In this document: positions 9,520-18,483 of the stretch, piece by piece
Position numbering within the stretch: the stretch's first letter is position 1
Layout: each line of letters starts with the position of its first letter
Assembly: GCA_965203325.1 (NCBI GenBank)
Contig: OZ241875.1
Coordinates: 2,144,001-2,208,000, forward strand
Length of the DNA stretch: 64,000 nucleotides
Direction: 5' to 3'
Origin: a bacterium
Lineage (GTDB): Bacteria; UBA8248
Program-made: the position numbers and the translations under genes
Notes under the pieces: model-generated
What the model was told of the DNA's origin: nothing
Database searches by the model: none
What the model saw: only the letters and a program-made list of their open reading frames with translations

Positions 9520-10518
9520 CTAGTGCGGGTAACCTTTCGCCCTGGAGGCGTCCACCGCCCGAAGGAAGCTCGGATCGATGATGCTCTTCCAGTCCGGAAT
9601 CTTCTTGATGTGGCCCAGCTTCTTCTTGAACGCGGAAACCTCCTGAAGGGTATCGAAGTAACTCTTGTCGAGCCAGATTTTCAGTTTGTAGTCGTTCAGC
9701 GCCGCCTTGGCGTCCGCCGCGCTGGAGCGGGTGACCTTCTGGAACGAGGCCGCCGCCGCTGCGGGGTCCGCGTTGGCCATATCCGTCGCCTCGATCAGCG
9801 CCCGCAGAAAGCGCTTCAGGGTTTTGGGTTTCTCCTTGGCGAACCCCCGGCGGACCGTCAAGTGGAAGTTGGGCTCGTAATCGCTGGACTTGCTCGCCGC
9901 CAGGATGTGGAGGGCGTCCCCCTTGAGCTGCATCACCTTGCGCGGCCAGGGTTCCCAGAACCACATGGCCTCCACGGCGCCCTTCACCATGGTGGGGGCG
10001 GCTTCCGGCGGGGGGAGGTTGACGTGTTCCAGCTTCTTGTAGTCGATGCCTCTGTTTCCAAGGAACTTGATGAACCCGAACTCTCCGCCGGTTCCGCCCA
10101 TCCAGGTCACTTTCTTGCCGATGAGATCCTTAGGACTCTTGATCGACTTTTTGGCCACCAGCTTCATGCTCTCGTTGCCCTGCGCCGTCGCGGCCACGAT
10201 GATGGCGTCGATCCCCTTGGCGATGTTCGAGATGGTGGGGGGATCGCTCTGGAAGGAGATGTCCAGTTGGCCGCTGCCGATGGCCCGCAGGCCCACCAGG
10301 GCGGTGTGGCCCATGGTGTTGGTGGTCTTGAGTCCGTGCTTCTTGAAAATCCCCTTGTCCTCGGCCAGCCAGTAGGGTATCCCCAGCGAAGTGGGCTCGG
10401 TCGAGAAGCGGACCGCGCCGTCGTCGGCCGCACCCGCAGGCCCGGGACCGGTCGCCAGGAAAAACGCCAACACGGCAATTCCGATACATTCCCTTTTCCA
10501 GCTTCTTTCACGCATCAT
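9520..10518 (-). CDS. ABC transporter substrate-binding protein, NitT/TauT family
   Basis: Signal peptide, IKSPKDLIGKKV and WEPW motifs. Located within the ABC operon. Confidence 0.9.
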   Translation of the reverse strand: MMRERSWKRECIGIAVLAFFLATGPGPAGAADDGAVRFSTEPTSLGIPYWLAEDKGIFKKHGLKTTNTMGHTALVGLRAIGSGQLDISFQSDPPTISNIAKGIDAIIVAATAQGNESMKLVAKKSIKSPKDLIGKKVTWMGGTGGEFGFIKFLGNRGIDYKKLEHVNLPPPEAAPTMVKGAVEAMWFWEPWPRKVMQLKGDALHILAASKSSDYEPNFHLTVRRGFAKEKPKTLKRFLRALIEATDMANADPAAAAASFQKVTRSSAADAKAALNDYKLKIWLDKSYFDTLQEVSAFKKKLGHIKKIPDWKSIIDPSFLRAVDASRAKGYPH

Positions 10519-10713
10519 AGGTCATCCTCCTCTTTTCACATGGTGAAGTTCCGTGAGGCAACACATCGCGATTGAAGCCCGGCGCATCCGTCAGCGCCGG
10601 TGCTGGAGATGAGCGGAATCGAGAGCCCGGTTCTGACTCGTGAGCGAAGTGCGGAAGGGTTTCGGAATGAAACCATTCTCAGCCCTTTCATACAGACCGG
10701 CGGCTGTTGCGGT

Positions 10714-11469
10714 TCACACCACCCGGTAGCGCGAGAAAAACCGGTAGGCGAGGAACCGGAACACCCGATCGGTGGTCAGCCCCAAGAGTCCCAGACCCAG
10801 GAAACCGACAAAAATCTGATCGGTCAGCATGAAATTTCTTGCGGACCAGATAAGGTATCCCATGCCGGATCGAGCCGCGAGCATTTCCGCCGCCGCGATT
10901 ACGATGAACGCGTTTCCCATGGCCATCCGCATGCCCGTTACGATGTAGGGCACCGTTTCGGGCACGACCACCTGGAACAGGACCTGGGTTTCCGTCGCTC
11001 CCAGGCTTCGGGCGGCGCGCAGGACCCCCGGGGATGCGCTCAAGGTTCCGGCCATGGTGTTGATCACGATCACGAAAAACGAGGTGTAGAAAACGAGCAT
11101 GATCTTCGAGGCTTCACCCAGCCCGAACCAGACGATGAAGATGCCCACGAACGAGATGGGCGGAATGTAGCGCAACCCCTGGATGTAGGGGGTGGCGAAT
11201 GCGCGAACGCCGGGCAGCCAGCCCATGAGCAGGCCCAGGGGAATTCCCAGAGCGCACCCCAGAAGCCAGCCGCCCATGATCCTGCCCGTGCTCATCAGGA
11301 TGGATTCGTGGAGAAAGCCCGTGCGCGCCAGCTCGACCGCCGTCATGACGGTGAGCCAGGGTGAGGGAACGAAGAGGGGATGGGAGAACGCCGCCACTAT
11401 CCACCATCCCAGGATGAAGAGCGAAAACCCCAGGAGGGAGAGCATCCCCGACCACCCTTTGCCCTGCAT
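10714..11469 (-). CDS. ABC transporter permease, NitT/TauT family (second paralog)
   Basis: WFGLGE, AARSLGA and AAEM motifs. ATG 11469 follows GGAGGAG. Paralog of 8737-9498. Confidence 0.92.
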   Translation of the reverse strand: MQGKGWSGMLSLLGFSLFILGWWIVAAFSHPLFVPSPWLTVMTAVELARTGFLHESILMSTGRIMGGWLLGCALGIPLGLLMGWLPGVRAFATPYIQGLRYIPPISFVGIFIVWFGLGEASKIMLVFYTSFFVIVINTMAGTLSASPGVLRAARSLGATETQVLFQVVVPETVPYIVTGMRMAMGNAFIVIAAAEMLAARSGMGYLIWSARNFMLTDQIFVGFLGLGLLGLTTDRVFRFLAYRFFSRYRVV

Positions 11470-11802
11470 GCTCTCCTCCCCCCAAGCTTCGCACCCCGTG
11501 TGATAAGACGGCTTCCGCAATCTGGATGAGGATAATGAATGTAGGATGAAACCAAATGTATCATATTCAACGGATAGGAGAAATCCACTAGAATGCGAGG
11601 AGCGACGCCGCCCCGGCTCCGAGGCGAATGGAGGCTTCCTTGTTTTTCACGCCATTTCGGTTCGCGGCTTCACCCGGTCGGCGCGCCCGCGATGCCCCGC
11701 CGGGCATGTCTTTCGCCTGACGGAGAACCGGAGCGAAAACGAGGGCCCGGCCCGACGGGGTTCGATTCCATTTCGAAAGGCGTTCCACCGAGGGGGGAAA
11801 GC

Positions 11803-12567
11803 ATGGATTCATTCATGAACTTTGAAGGACAGGACGTCATTGTGACCGGCGGGGCGACCGGGGTGGGGGAGGCGAGCGCGCGCCTCTTCGCCGAGCGGGG
11901 CGCCTCAGTCGCCATCCTCGACATCAACGGCGAGGGAGCGGAGAGCGTCGCCGCCGAGGTTCGAAGGGGCGGAGGAGACGCGCAGGCTTTCGAGGTGGAC
12001 CTCACCGATTGGGACGCCACCCGAGCCGCCGTCGAGGCGGCCCATAGCCGGCATGGGCGCATCGACGTGCTCGCGCACGTGGCAGGCGGATTCCCGGAAT
12101 TCCTCGGCCTTCTCGACTGTCCGCTGGAGACGTGGGACCCGATGGTGGCGAGCAACCTGAAATCGATGTTCATTCTGCTCCAGGCGGTTGCGCCGTACAT
12201 GATCGAGGCGCGCTACGGCCGGGTCGTCTGCTTTTCCAGCCTGGCCGCCCGCAGCGCGGTCAACCCGAACCCACCCCACTACACCGCGGCGAAAGCCGGC
12301 GTCCTCGGACTCGCGCGTCAGGTGGCGGGCGAACTGGGCCCCCACGGCATCACCGTAAACGCGATCGCGCCCGCCAACGTGGCCACCCCGAGCACCATGG
12401 CCATACGCAAACCCGAGCGCATCCGGCATATCGAAGAGGTGACGCCCGTCGGCCGCCTGTGCCAGCCCGAAGAAGTCGCGGCGGCGGTCATATTCCTGTG
12501 CAGCCGGGAGGCCGGTTACATCACCGGCGTCACCCTCGACGTGAACGGGGGAGCGGCGATGATATAG
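11803..12567 (+). CDS. SDR family NAD(P)-dependent oxidoreductase
   Basis: TGGATGVG, catalytic YTAAK, GITVNAIAP and DVNGG. Start at ATG 11803 after GAGGGGGG (11815 is an alternative). Confidence 0.92.
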   Translation: MDSFMNFEGQDVIVTGGATGVGEASARLFAERGASVAILDINGEGAESVAAEVRRGGGDAQAFEVDLTDWDATRAAVEAAHSRHGRIDVLAHVAGGFPEFLGLLDCPLETWDPMVASNLKSMFILLQAVAPYMIEARYGRVVCFSSLAARSAVNPNPPHYTAAKAGVLGLARQVAGELGPHGITVNAIAPANVATPSTMAIRKPERIRHIEEVTPVGRLCQPEEVAAAVIFLCSREAGYITGVTLDVNGGAAMI

Positions 12568-12778
12568 CGTCATCCAGAATCACTGGCGCGACGAGCGAAC
12601 CGCCAGTCACCTGAACCGCCTGATCCCGGACGCCGAGATTCTTGTCCGGGCGAATTATCGTTTCTGACGCACTTACGCCTTTCCTTCTCCCGAGTAATAG
12701 AACGCGAAGCTGCGATAAAATCCGCCAATCGCCGCATAATCCGCCGTCCGGCGTTCGAAATGAAAAGACGATATCGGA
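12568..12778 (-). pseudogene. Decayed duplicate of the ridA 5' end and its upstream region (direct repeat of ~7541-7761)
   Basis: Encodes KNLGVRDQAVQVTGGSL versus RidA KNLGVYNQAIQVTGGSL. Shared exact blocks are aatccgccaatcg (7702/12719), cgccgtccggcgtt (7725/12742) and atatcgga (7754/12771). The ATG is lost. Confidence 0.85.
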
Positions 12779-13095
12779 TGTGAATCTTTTGGGAACTGCC
12801 GGTCTGGGAGCGAATCCTCCGCTCAGGCTTCCTAGGCCATCGCCGCGAGGAACCCGCATTTCCCCGCATTTGCCGTCATCGGGCATTCTTCGGAGGAGGC
12901 GATAATCCCGCGCGGGAAAGGGAGCGCCAAAGTGACGGGAGGAGGGGAGAAAATGGAAAAGGCGATCCGGTCCGATCGGAGAATCGCAGCCCCTCTTTCT
13001 TCCGGTCGGCAACCCACGCTCGCTCCTCGCCCGCGTTCGGCCCGCGAATCGGGATACCTGAAAAATACGATAAATACCGATAAATTCACGGGGTT

Positions 13096-13194
13096 TTCCG
13101 GTAAATTTCTGAAAGTATATAGATTTGATATATAAGGAGTTATCCGGTTTTCGGCTTCGGAGCGGCAATGATGCAGGTGGACGCGCCCGCCCGG
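13096..13194. repeat. ~100-bp degenerate direct repeat, copy 1 (displaced 3' end of the 18528-19376 gene)
   Basis: Shares ggcttcggagcggcaatgatg (13153-13173 = 18541-18561) and gatatataagga with 18484-18584. The minus strand reads ...IIAAPKPKTG* versus the gene end IIAAPKPKTR*. Confidence 0.88.
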
Positions 13195-13301
13195 CGACTT
13201 CACATCCGGGCGAGGCGACGTCGTTTACGTCGTCGGCGCATGGTCCACACTCCTACAACACCGCTACCCAACGGATCCGGCATGGAATCGTTCGGCGGCG
13301 G

Positions 13302-13730
13302 TCAGGCTTCGAGCGACTGCTTTCGGGCCACGAATTCTTCTATCGTTCCGCCTTTGGCGGGGCCGTCGAAAAAGATGTTGGGACTTTCGAACGTCGACAG
13401 AATCAACGCGCCGTTGGGCGCTGTCGCGACATGGCGGCTGCCGGCCGGCCGCCAGACATATTGTCCCGGCCCGCAGACGCCTTCATGGTCCTCGAGCGAG
13501 CCCTCAAGGACATAGCTCTGTTCCAGTCCGGTATGCTCGTGATCGGGAATCGTGGCGCCCGGCTCCATCTTCGCCAGCATGGTTAGGACTCCACCGTTCT
13601 CGTCCTGCAGGAGAACCTTGACCGAGACGCCCTCGAGCGGCGATGGCCGCCATTCCAGGGAGTCGACGTCGACATAGCGCGACGCGAGCTTGTCGATGCC
13701 ATCATGGGCATCGGTGTTCGGTGTTTGCAT
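13302..13730 (-). CDS. ChrR-like cupin domain protein
   Basis: PGATIPDHEHTGLEQSYVLEG and GQYVWRPAGSRH cupin motifs. ATG 13730 follows GGAGG. Confidence 0.88.
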   Translation of the reverse strand: MQTPNTDAHDGIDKLASRYVDVDSLEWRPSPLEGVSVKVLLQDENGGVLTMLAKMEPGATIPDHEHTGLEQSYVLEGSLEDHEGVCGPGQYVWRPAGSRHVATAPNGALILSTFESPNIFFDGPAKGGTIEEFVARKQSLEA

Positions 13731-14077
13731 GACCTTTCCTCCCAAATGATCCCGCCGATATCTTCGATACCGGCAGCGGAAAATGTCCACGAACGCCATG
13801 TGCTGGTTGAAGCATTTACGAGCCGGAACCCTTGAAACGACCGGGGGACCCATCCATTTCTATCCCTTACACTCTTTCACTTTGCTGAATCTGCATTTAT
13901 TCGTATTCCGCGTCAAGCAGGTTTATCCTTCCAGGTAAAAATCGCGGGCTCATCAAAAGTGGGTACCCTCTCAAATTCATCTCCTATAATGAACGCATCC
14001 ATCAAAAAATCAAGAAGGAACCGTCAAGTGCTGGAATGATTGTTGATGCAAGTTTCCTGACCCTTGGAATTAGCCTC

Positions 14078-14279
14078 GGCTCTGCCATATGGGCTGAATT
14101 GAAGAAAAGGGGGCGGCACATCTCTCTGGAATTGGGTTGCGGACAATCTGTTATTCAGCGAAGAGGAGATGCGCCACCCATGGGCAACGATCCGATTTTT
14201 CTTTTCCGGGCCGATCTTTCGTGACGCGTGCAGCGACTTGGCACGCGAGGGGACACACCGGACCAGTAGCACGGCGGTG
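14078..14279 (+). mobile_element. IS256-family left-end remnant, more decayed copy
   Basis: Homologous to 18239-18425 (gctgaattgaagaa at 14093/18263; aggagatgc at 14164/18330). Carries a frameshifted transposase-like start MGND...PIFRDACSDLAREG. Confidence 0.65.
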
Positions 14280-14359
14280 AGGACGCTCACCTTGGCGTCC
14301 TCGGGCGCGACCATGCCGCCATCGAGCCAGACCTGGAATCGCTCCGAATCCTTGCTCAT
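14270..14359 (-). pseudogene. Truncated class-IV (IlvE-like) aminotransferase N-terminus
   Basis: MSKDSERFQVWLDGGMVAPEDAKVSVLT matches the W(L/M)DG..V...A.VSVL start of branched-chain aminotransferases. It has a GGAGGGAG RBS, and similarity stops at the IS remnant. Confidence 0.7.
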
Positions 14360-14384
14360 GCTCCCTCCGTCTCTCTCGGCCCTG

Positions 14385-16487
14385 TCATGCGAGCCCCCCG
14401 CTACCGCCACTCCCTGCGTCGTGCGGGGCCGACACGACCGTGAGGTTCAGGTTGCCCTGCTCGTCGCTGCGGGCGACCTGTCCAGGCAGCACGACGGTCG
14501 TCGAGTCCATCTGCTCGAGGATCGCGGGACCTTCGAGATCGACGCCCCGGGGGAGGCCCTCCCGGGCGTAGATCGGACAATCGACGAATCCGCCGAGCTC
14601 TGCAAAATGCACCCGGCGCCTCCCTCGCTCCGCCGCGCGCAGGCCGCCGCCCGTCCCGGCGGCACCCGCGACAGGGGGCGCCGTCACCCGGGCGAGGGCG
14701 GTGACGCGAAAGGTGACCAGTTGAACCGGCGCGTCCGGCGCGTAGCCGTAGACTCTTTCGTGCTCGCGCCGGAAAGCGTCGACCAGCGCCGAGAGGTCGT
14801 GGTCGGCGAATTCCCGCTCCTGAACCGTCACCGTGATCTCGTGGCTCTGTCCGACGTAGCGCATGTCGATGGCGCGTTGCACCGTGCGCTCGCCGGGCTC
14901 CACCCCCTCCCGGTCGAACCATTCGAGCGCTCGCTGTCCGACTTCCGTGAAGGTGGCGTTGATGCCGGCGGCGCCGGTTCCCTCGAGATCGGCGATCCGC
15001 GTCAGGCTGAAATCCGAGCGCACGTCGGCGACGAGGAGCCCGAGCGCGCAAAGGAGACCCGGTCCGGGCGGCACCATGACCCGGGTCATCCTCAGCTCGC
15101 GGGCGAGCGCGGAGGCGAGGAGAGGCCCCGCCCCCCCGAACGCCACCAGGGTGAAGTGCCGCGGATCGAAACCCTTCTCCACCGAGATCACGCGTATCGC
15201 CTGAACCAGGTTCTCGTTGAGGATGGTGAGCACCGCTTCGGCCGCCTCCTCGACCCCGAGCCCCATCGGGGCCGCCACCTTGTCGGCGATTGCGCGATGC
15301 GCGAGATCGGGACGGAGGCTCATGCGGCCGCCCAGCAGGGATTCGCCGGAAAGGCGGCCGAGCACGACGTTGGCGTCGGTCACGGTGGGCTCGGTTCCCC
15401 CGAGGCCGTAGCAGGCGGGGCCGGGCGCGGCGCCGGCGCTCCGGGGGCCCACGTGCACGAAGCCGCCCGTGTCCACGCGCGCGATGCTGCCCCCTCCGGC
15501 TCCCACCGAATGCACGTCGACCATCGGAAAACGGATGGGATGCCCCCGCACCTCCCGTTCCTTTGCGACGAGCGGCCGGTTGCCTTCGATGAGGCAGACG
15601 TCGGTGCTCGTTCCCCCGACGTCGAAGGTGATGACGTCCGGACACTCGGCTCTTCCGGCGAGAAAGCCCGCGCCGGTGACTCCCGCCGCCGGCCCCGACA
15701 TGAGACAGCGGCCCGCCATCGCACCCGCATCCCGAAGCGAGGCGACGCCGCCGTGGGACTGGAGGATCTTCGGGACCACGATGCCCAGGGCGCGGGACCG
15801 TTCCCCGAGGCGCTCGAGATAGCGGCTCACGACCGGGCCCAGCGATGCGTTCAGCACGGTGGTCGTGGTCCTCTCGTACTCGCGAAACTCGGCCACGACT
15901 TCGTGGGATGCGCAGGTGAACACACCGGGAAGGTGCTCGCGCACCGCGGCCGCGACGGCGGCCTCGTGGGCCGGATTGTGGTAGCTGTGCAGGAAGCAGA
16001 CGGCCACCGCCTCCACGCCTTCGCGGCGGAAGTCGTCGAGGATTCCATCGAGCGCTTCGAGGTCCGGCGGCACGTCGGAAGGCCCGAGGAGATAGGTGCG
16101 CTCCTCGATCTCGCGCCGGAGGCGGCGCGCGACGAGGGGCGGGGGTTTCGGCATCCGAATGTCGTAGTTGTGGGGTTGGCGCTGGCGGCGGATCTCCAGG
16201 ATGTCGCGAAACCCTTCCGTGGTGATGAGGCCCGTGACCGCCGTGTTCCCCGTGATGAGCGCGTTGGTGGCGACCGTCGTTCCGTGGCCGAAGTAGCGGA
16301 CGTTCCCGGCGCCGGCGGCTGCACAGTCCAATAGCTCCGGAATGCCGGCCGCAATCGCCCGGGACGGGTCGTCCGGGGTCGAGGGTGTCTTCAGAAACCA
16401 CGTCTTGCCGTCCGAGAGGCGGACGAGTGCGAAGTCGGTGAACGTCCCGCCGACGTCGACGCCGAGGACGTAACGCTCAGGCGCCAC
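14385..16487 (-). CDS. Hydantoinase/oxoprolinase family subunit A (HyuA-like)
   Basis: GVDVGGTFTD, HGTTVATNAL, SGPAAGV, DVGGTSTD, GAGGGSIA, PTVTDAN and FGGAGPL. Confidence 0.95.
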   Translation of the reverse strand: MAPERYVLGVDVGGTFTDFALVRLSDGKTWFLKTPSTPDDPSRAIAAGIPELLDCAAAGAGNVRYFGHGTTVATNALITGNTAVTGLITTEGFRDILEIRRQRQPHNYDIRMPKPPPLVARRLRREIEERTYLLGPSDVPPDLEALDGILDDFRREGVEAVAVCFLHSYHNPAHEAAVAAAVREHLPGVFTCASHEVVAEFREYERTTTTVLNASLGPVVSRYLERLGERSRALGIVVPKILQSHGGVASLRDAGAMAGRCLMSGPAAGVTGAGFLAGRAECPDVITFDVGGTSTDVCLIEGNRPLVAKEREVRGHPIRFPMVDVHSVGAGGGSIARVDTGGFVHVGPRSAGAAPGPACYGLGGTEPTVTDANVVLGRLSGESLLGGRMSLRPDLAHRAIADKVAAPMGLGVEEAAEAVLTILNENLVQAIRVISVEKGFDPRHFTLVAFGGAGPLLASALARELRMTRVMVPPGPGLLCALGLLVADVRSDFSLTRIADLEGTGAAGINATFTEVGQRALEWFDREGVEPGERTVQRAIDMRYVGQSHEITVTVQEREFADHDLSALVDAFRREHERVYGYAPDAPVQLVTFRVTALARVTAPPVAGAAGTGGGLRAAERGRRRVHFAELGGFVDCPIYAREGLPRGVDLEGPAILEQMDSTTVVLPGQVARSDEQGNLNLTVVSAPHDAGSGGSGGLA

Positions 16488-18222
16488 GGTTCGAATCTTG
16501 GCGGGCCTCCCGCAAGGCCGCGGTCCGGGAGGCGTCGACGCTTCCGTGGACGAGCGCGACGCCGTAGCTCTGCTCCGCCGCGGGTGCGGTCACCTTGCCG
16601 GCGGCCACGTCGTCGCGCACCCTCTCCGGATCGCGTTCCCACGGGTCGCCGAAGCCGGCGCCGGACGGGGTGTCGACCCGGACCGTCGTTCCCGCGTCCA
16701 CCTCGAGCTCCGAGAACGAGCCCGGAAGCTTCGTCTCGCGGTTTCCGCCCGGGTCCAGAACGAAGACGCCGGAACACCCCGAACTTCCGCCAAACAGCCC
16801 GGACGCGCCTCGGGATTGGCGCAGTCCGCGGCCCGCGAGCCTCGCCTGCTCCGCCCAGATGGTGACGTCGCGGCGCGTCGCGAGGCCGCCGCGATGCCGT
16901 CCGGGGCCTCCCGAGTCGGCGATCAACTCGTAGCGGCCGACGGTCAGCGGGAACTCCTGCTCCACGGATTCGATGGGCAGGTTGGCCGCGCCCGAAACGT
17001 GGACCCGGACCGCGTCTTTTCCGTCGAGCGCGGAAAGCGCGCCGGACGCTCCCGCGTAGGTCTCGTAGTCGACGAAGTACTCGTTCCGGCGCGGGTCGAC
17101 GCCGCTGAAGATAAGCCCGTGGAGCGGACCGCAGCCGGCCATCACCCGGTCCGGCGCCGCGTCGGCGAGCGCGCCCAGCAGCAGGTCGCCGAGCACGTTG
17201 CCGGTCGCGCTCCGATCCCCGACGGCGGCGGGGGGGCGGCAGTTGACGACCGTGCCTTCCGGCGCGGTGACACCGATGGCGCGGAAGTACCCGGAGTTGG
17301 GCGGCAGCGCAGGGTCCGTCACCGCCTTGACCGCGTAGTAGACGCCGGACAGGGTGGCCGCGAGCGGCATGTTCCGGGCCCCTGCGATCTGCCCGTCGGT
17401 GCCCGTGAAGTCGAAGTGAATGCGATCAGTGCGAATGGTGATCTTGACGCGGAGGCGAACGACCCCGTCGGCCACGCCGTCGTTGTCGAGCACTTCTTCG
17501 TTCTCGTAGGTTCCGTCCGGCAGCCTCGCGATCTCGGCGCGCGTGCGCGACTCGGAGTAGTCGAGGAGCGCTCTCGCGCCCCGGTGCACGCTATCGGCTC
17601 CGAAGCGGGCAAAGCACTCCTGCACCCGGCGGATCCCGATGGCGTTGGTCGCGATCTGGGCCCGCAGATCGCCCTCGCGCTCGCGCGGGGTGCGCGTGTT
17701 GAGGAGCACGAACGCGAGCATGTCGGTGCACAGCTCCCCCTCGTCCAGCAGCTTGACGGGAGGGATTCGCAGCCCTTCCTGGAAGATGCTCGTGCAATCG
17801 GCGCTCTCGCTGCCCGCCACCTTGCCGCCGACGTCGGAGTGGTGGGCGATGTTGGCGACGAACGCGACCGGCCGGCCATCGAAGAAGACGGGGCTTGCGA
17901 GCGTCAGGTCCGGCAGGTGCGAGCCGCCTCCCACGTACGGATCGTTCGTCAGGAAGCCGTCGCCGGGGCGAAAGCGGTCGAGGGGGTAACGCCGGGTGAT
18001 GTTCTCTACGAGGCCGAGGAGCGAGCTCAGGTGAATGGGGGCGATGGCGGTCAGGGCGAGGAGGTTGCCCGCAGCGTCGAAGATCGCGACCGAGCAGTCA
18101 CGCCGCTCCTTGATGTTCGGGGAATACGCGGTCTTGACGAGGGTGGCCATCATCTCGTCGGCTGCGGCGGCGAAGCGGTGCGCGATGACCTCGGTGGTGA
18201 TTCGGTCGCAGCCTGGATCCAT
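16477..18222 (-). CDS. Hydantoinase B/oxoprolinase family subunit (HyuB-like)
   Basis: TAYSPNIKERRDCS, NDPY.GGSHLPD, HHSDVGG, FQEGLRIPP and DSGGPG.HRGG. ATG 18222 follows GGGAG; the gene overlaps the hyuA start. Confidence 0.95.
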   Translation of the reverse strand: MDPGCDRITTEVIAHRFAAAADEMMATLVKTAYSPNIKERRDCSVAIFDAAGNLLALTAIAPIHLSSLLGLVENITRRYPLDRFRPGDGFLTNDPYVGGGSHLPDLTLASPVFFDGRPVAFVANIAHHSDVGGKVAGSESADCTSIFQEGLRIPPVKLLDEGELCTDMLAFVLLNTRTPREREGDLRAQIATNAIGIRRVQECFARFGADSVHRGARALLDYSESRTRAEIARLPDGTYENEEVLDNDGVADGVVRLRVKITIRTDRIHFDFTGTDGQIAGARNMPLAATLSGVYYAVKAVTDPALPPNSGYFRAIGVTAPEGTVVNCRPPAAVGDRSATGNVLGDLLLGALADAAPDRVMAGCGPLHGLIFSGVDPRRNEYFVDYETYAGASGALSALDGKDAVRVHVSGAANLPIESVEQEFPLTVGRYELIADSGGPGRHRGGLATRRDVTIWAEQARLAGRGLRQSRGASGLFGGSSGCSGVFVLDPGGNRETKLPGSFSELEVDAGTTVRVDTPSGAGFGDPWERDPERVRDDVAAGKVTAPAAEQSYGVALVHGSVDASRTAALREARQDSNRGA

Positions 18223-18238
18223 GGGCACTCCCCGACGA

Positions 18239-18425
18239 GTTACTGTCAGAAGTTGTGTATGAGCTGAATTGAAGAAGGCGGCGCATCCTGCTGAACCAGG
18301 TTTGTCCAAAGACCGGCCATTCAGCACACAGGAGATGCTCTACCATGAGAGAAGATACGACGATTTCTTTCCCGAATCCAGCCCTACGGGACAAGTTGAG
18401 CGAACCGGTGCGCGAGGGCGCGCAA
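18239..18425 (+). mobile_element. IS256-family left-end remnant (TIR, leader and first ~27 transposase codons)
   Basis: TACTGTCAGAAGTTGTGT resembles IS256-family IRL as I recall it. RBS AGGAGA precedes ATG 18345 encoding MREDTTISFPNPALRDKLSEPVREGAQ, similar to IS256/Mutator transposase N-termini (..D.L.E..REGA.), then similarity ends. Confidence 0.7.
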
Positions 18426-18483
18426 CTTCTGTTTTGTGCATCTGATATCAAACCCCGCCAATCATTGAGGAGATTAGCGAGTC

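Noticed and set aside
8597..9964. 455-aa alternative-frame ORF
   Set aside because: It overlaps the permease and SBP in another frame and has the Arg/Gly/Pro-rich composition typical of off-frame GC-rich DNA.
14169..18267. Long plus-strand ORFs 14169-16334 (721 aa) and 16498-18267 (589 aa)
   Set aside because: They are antisense shadows of the GC-rich hyuA/hyuB genes and have no recognisable motifs apart from the IS-derived first codons.
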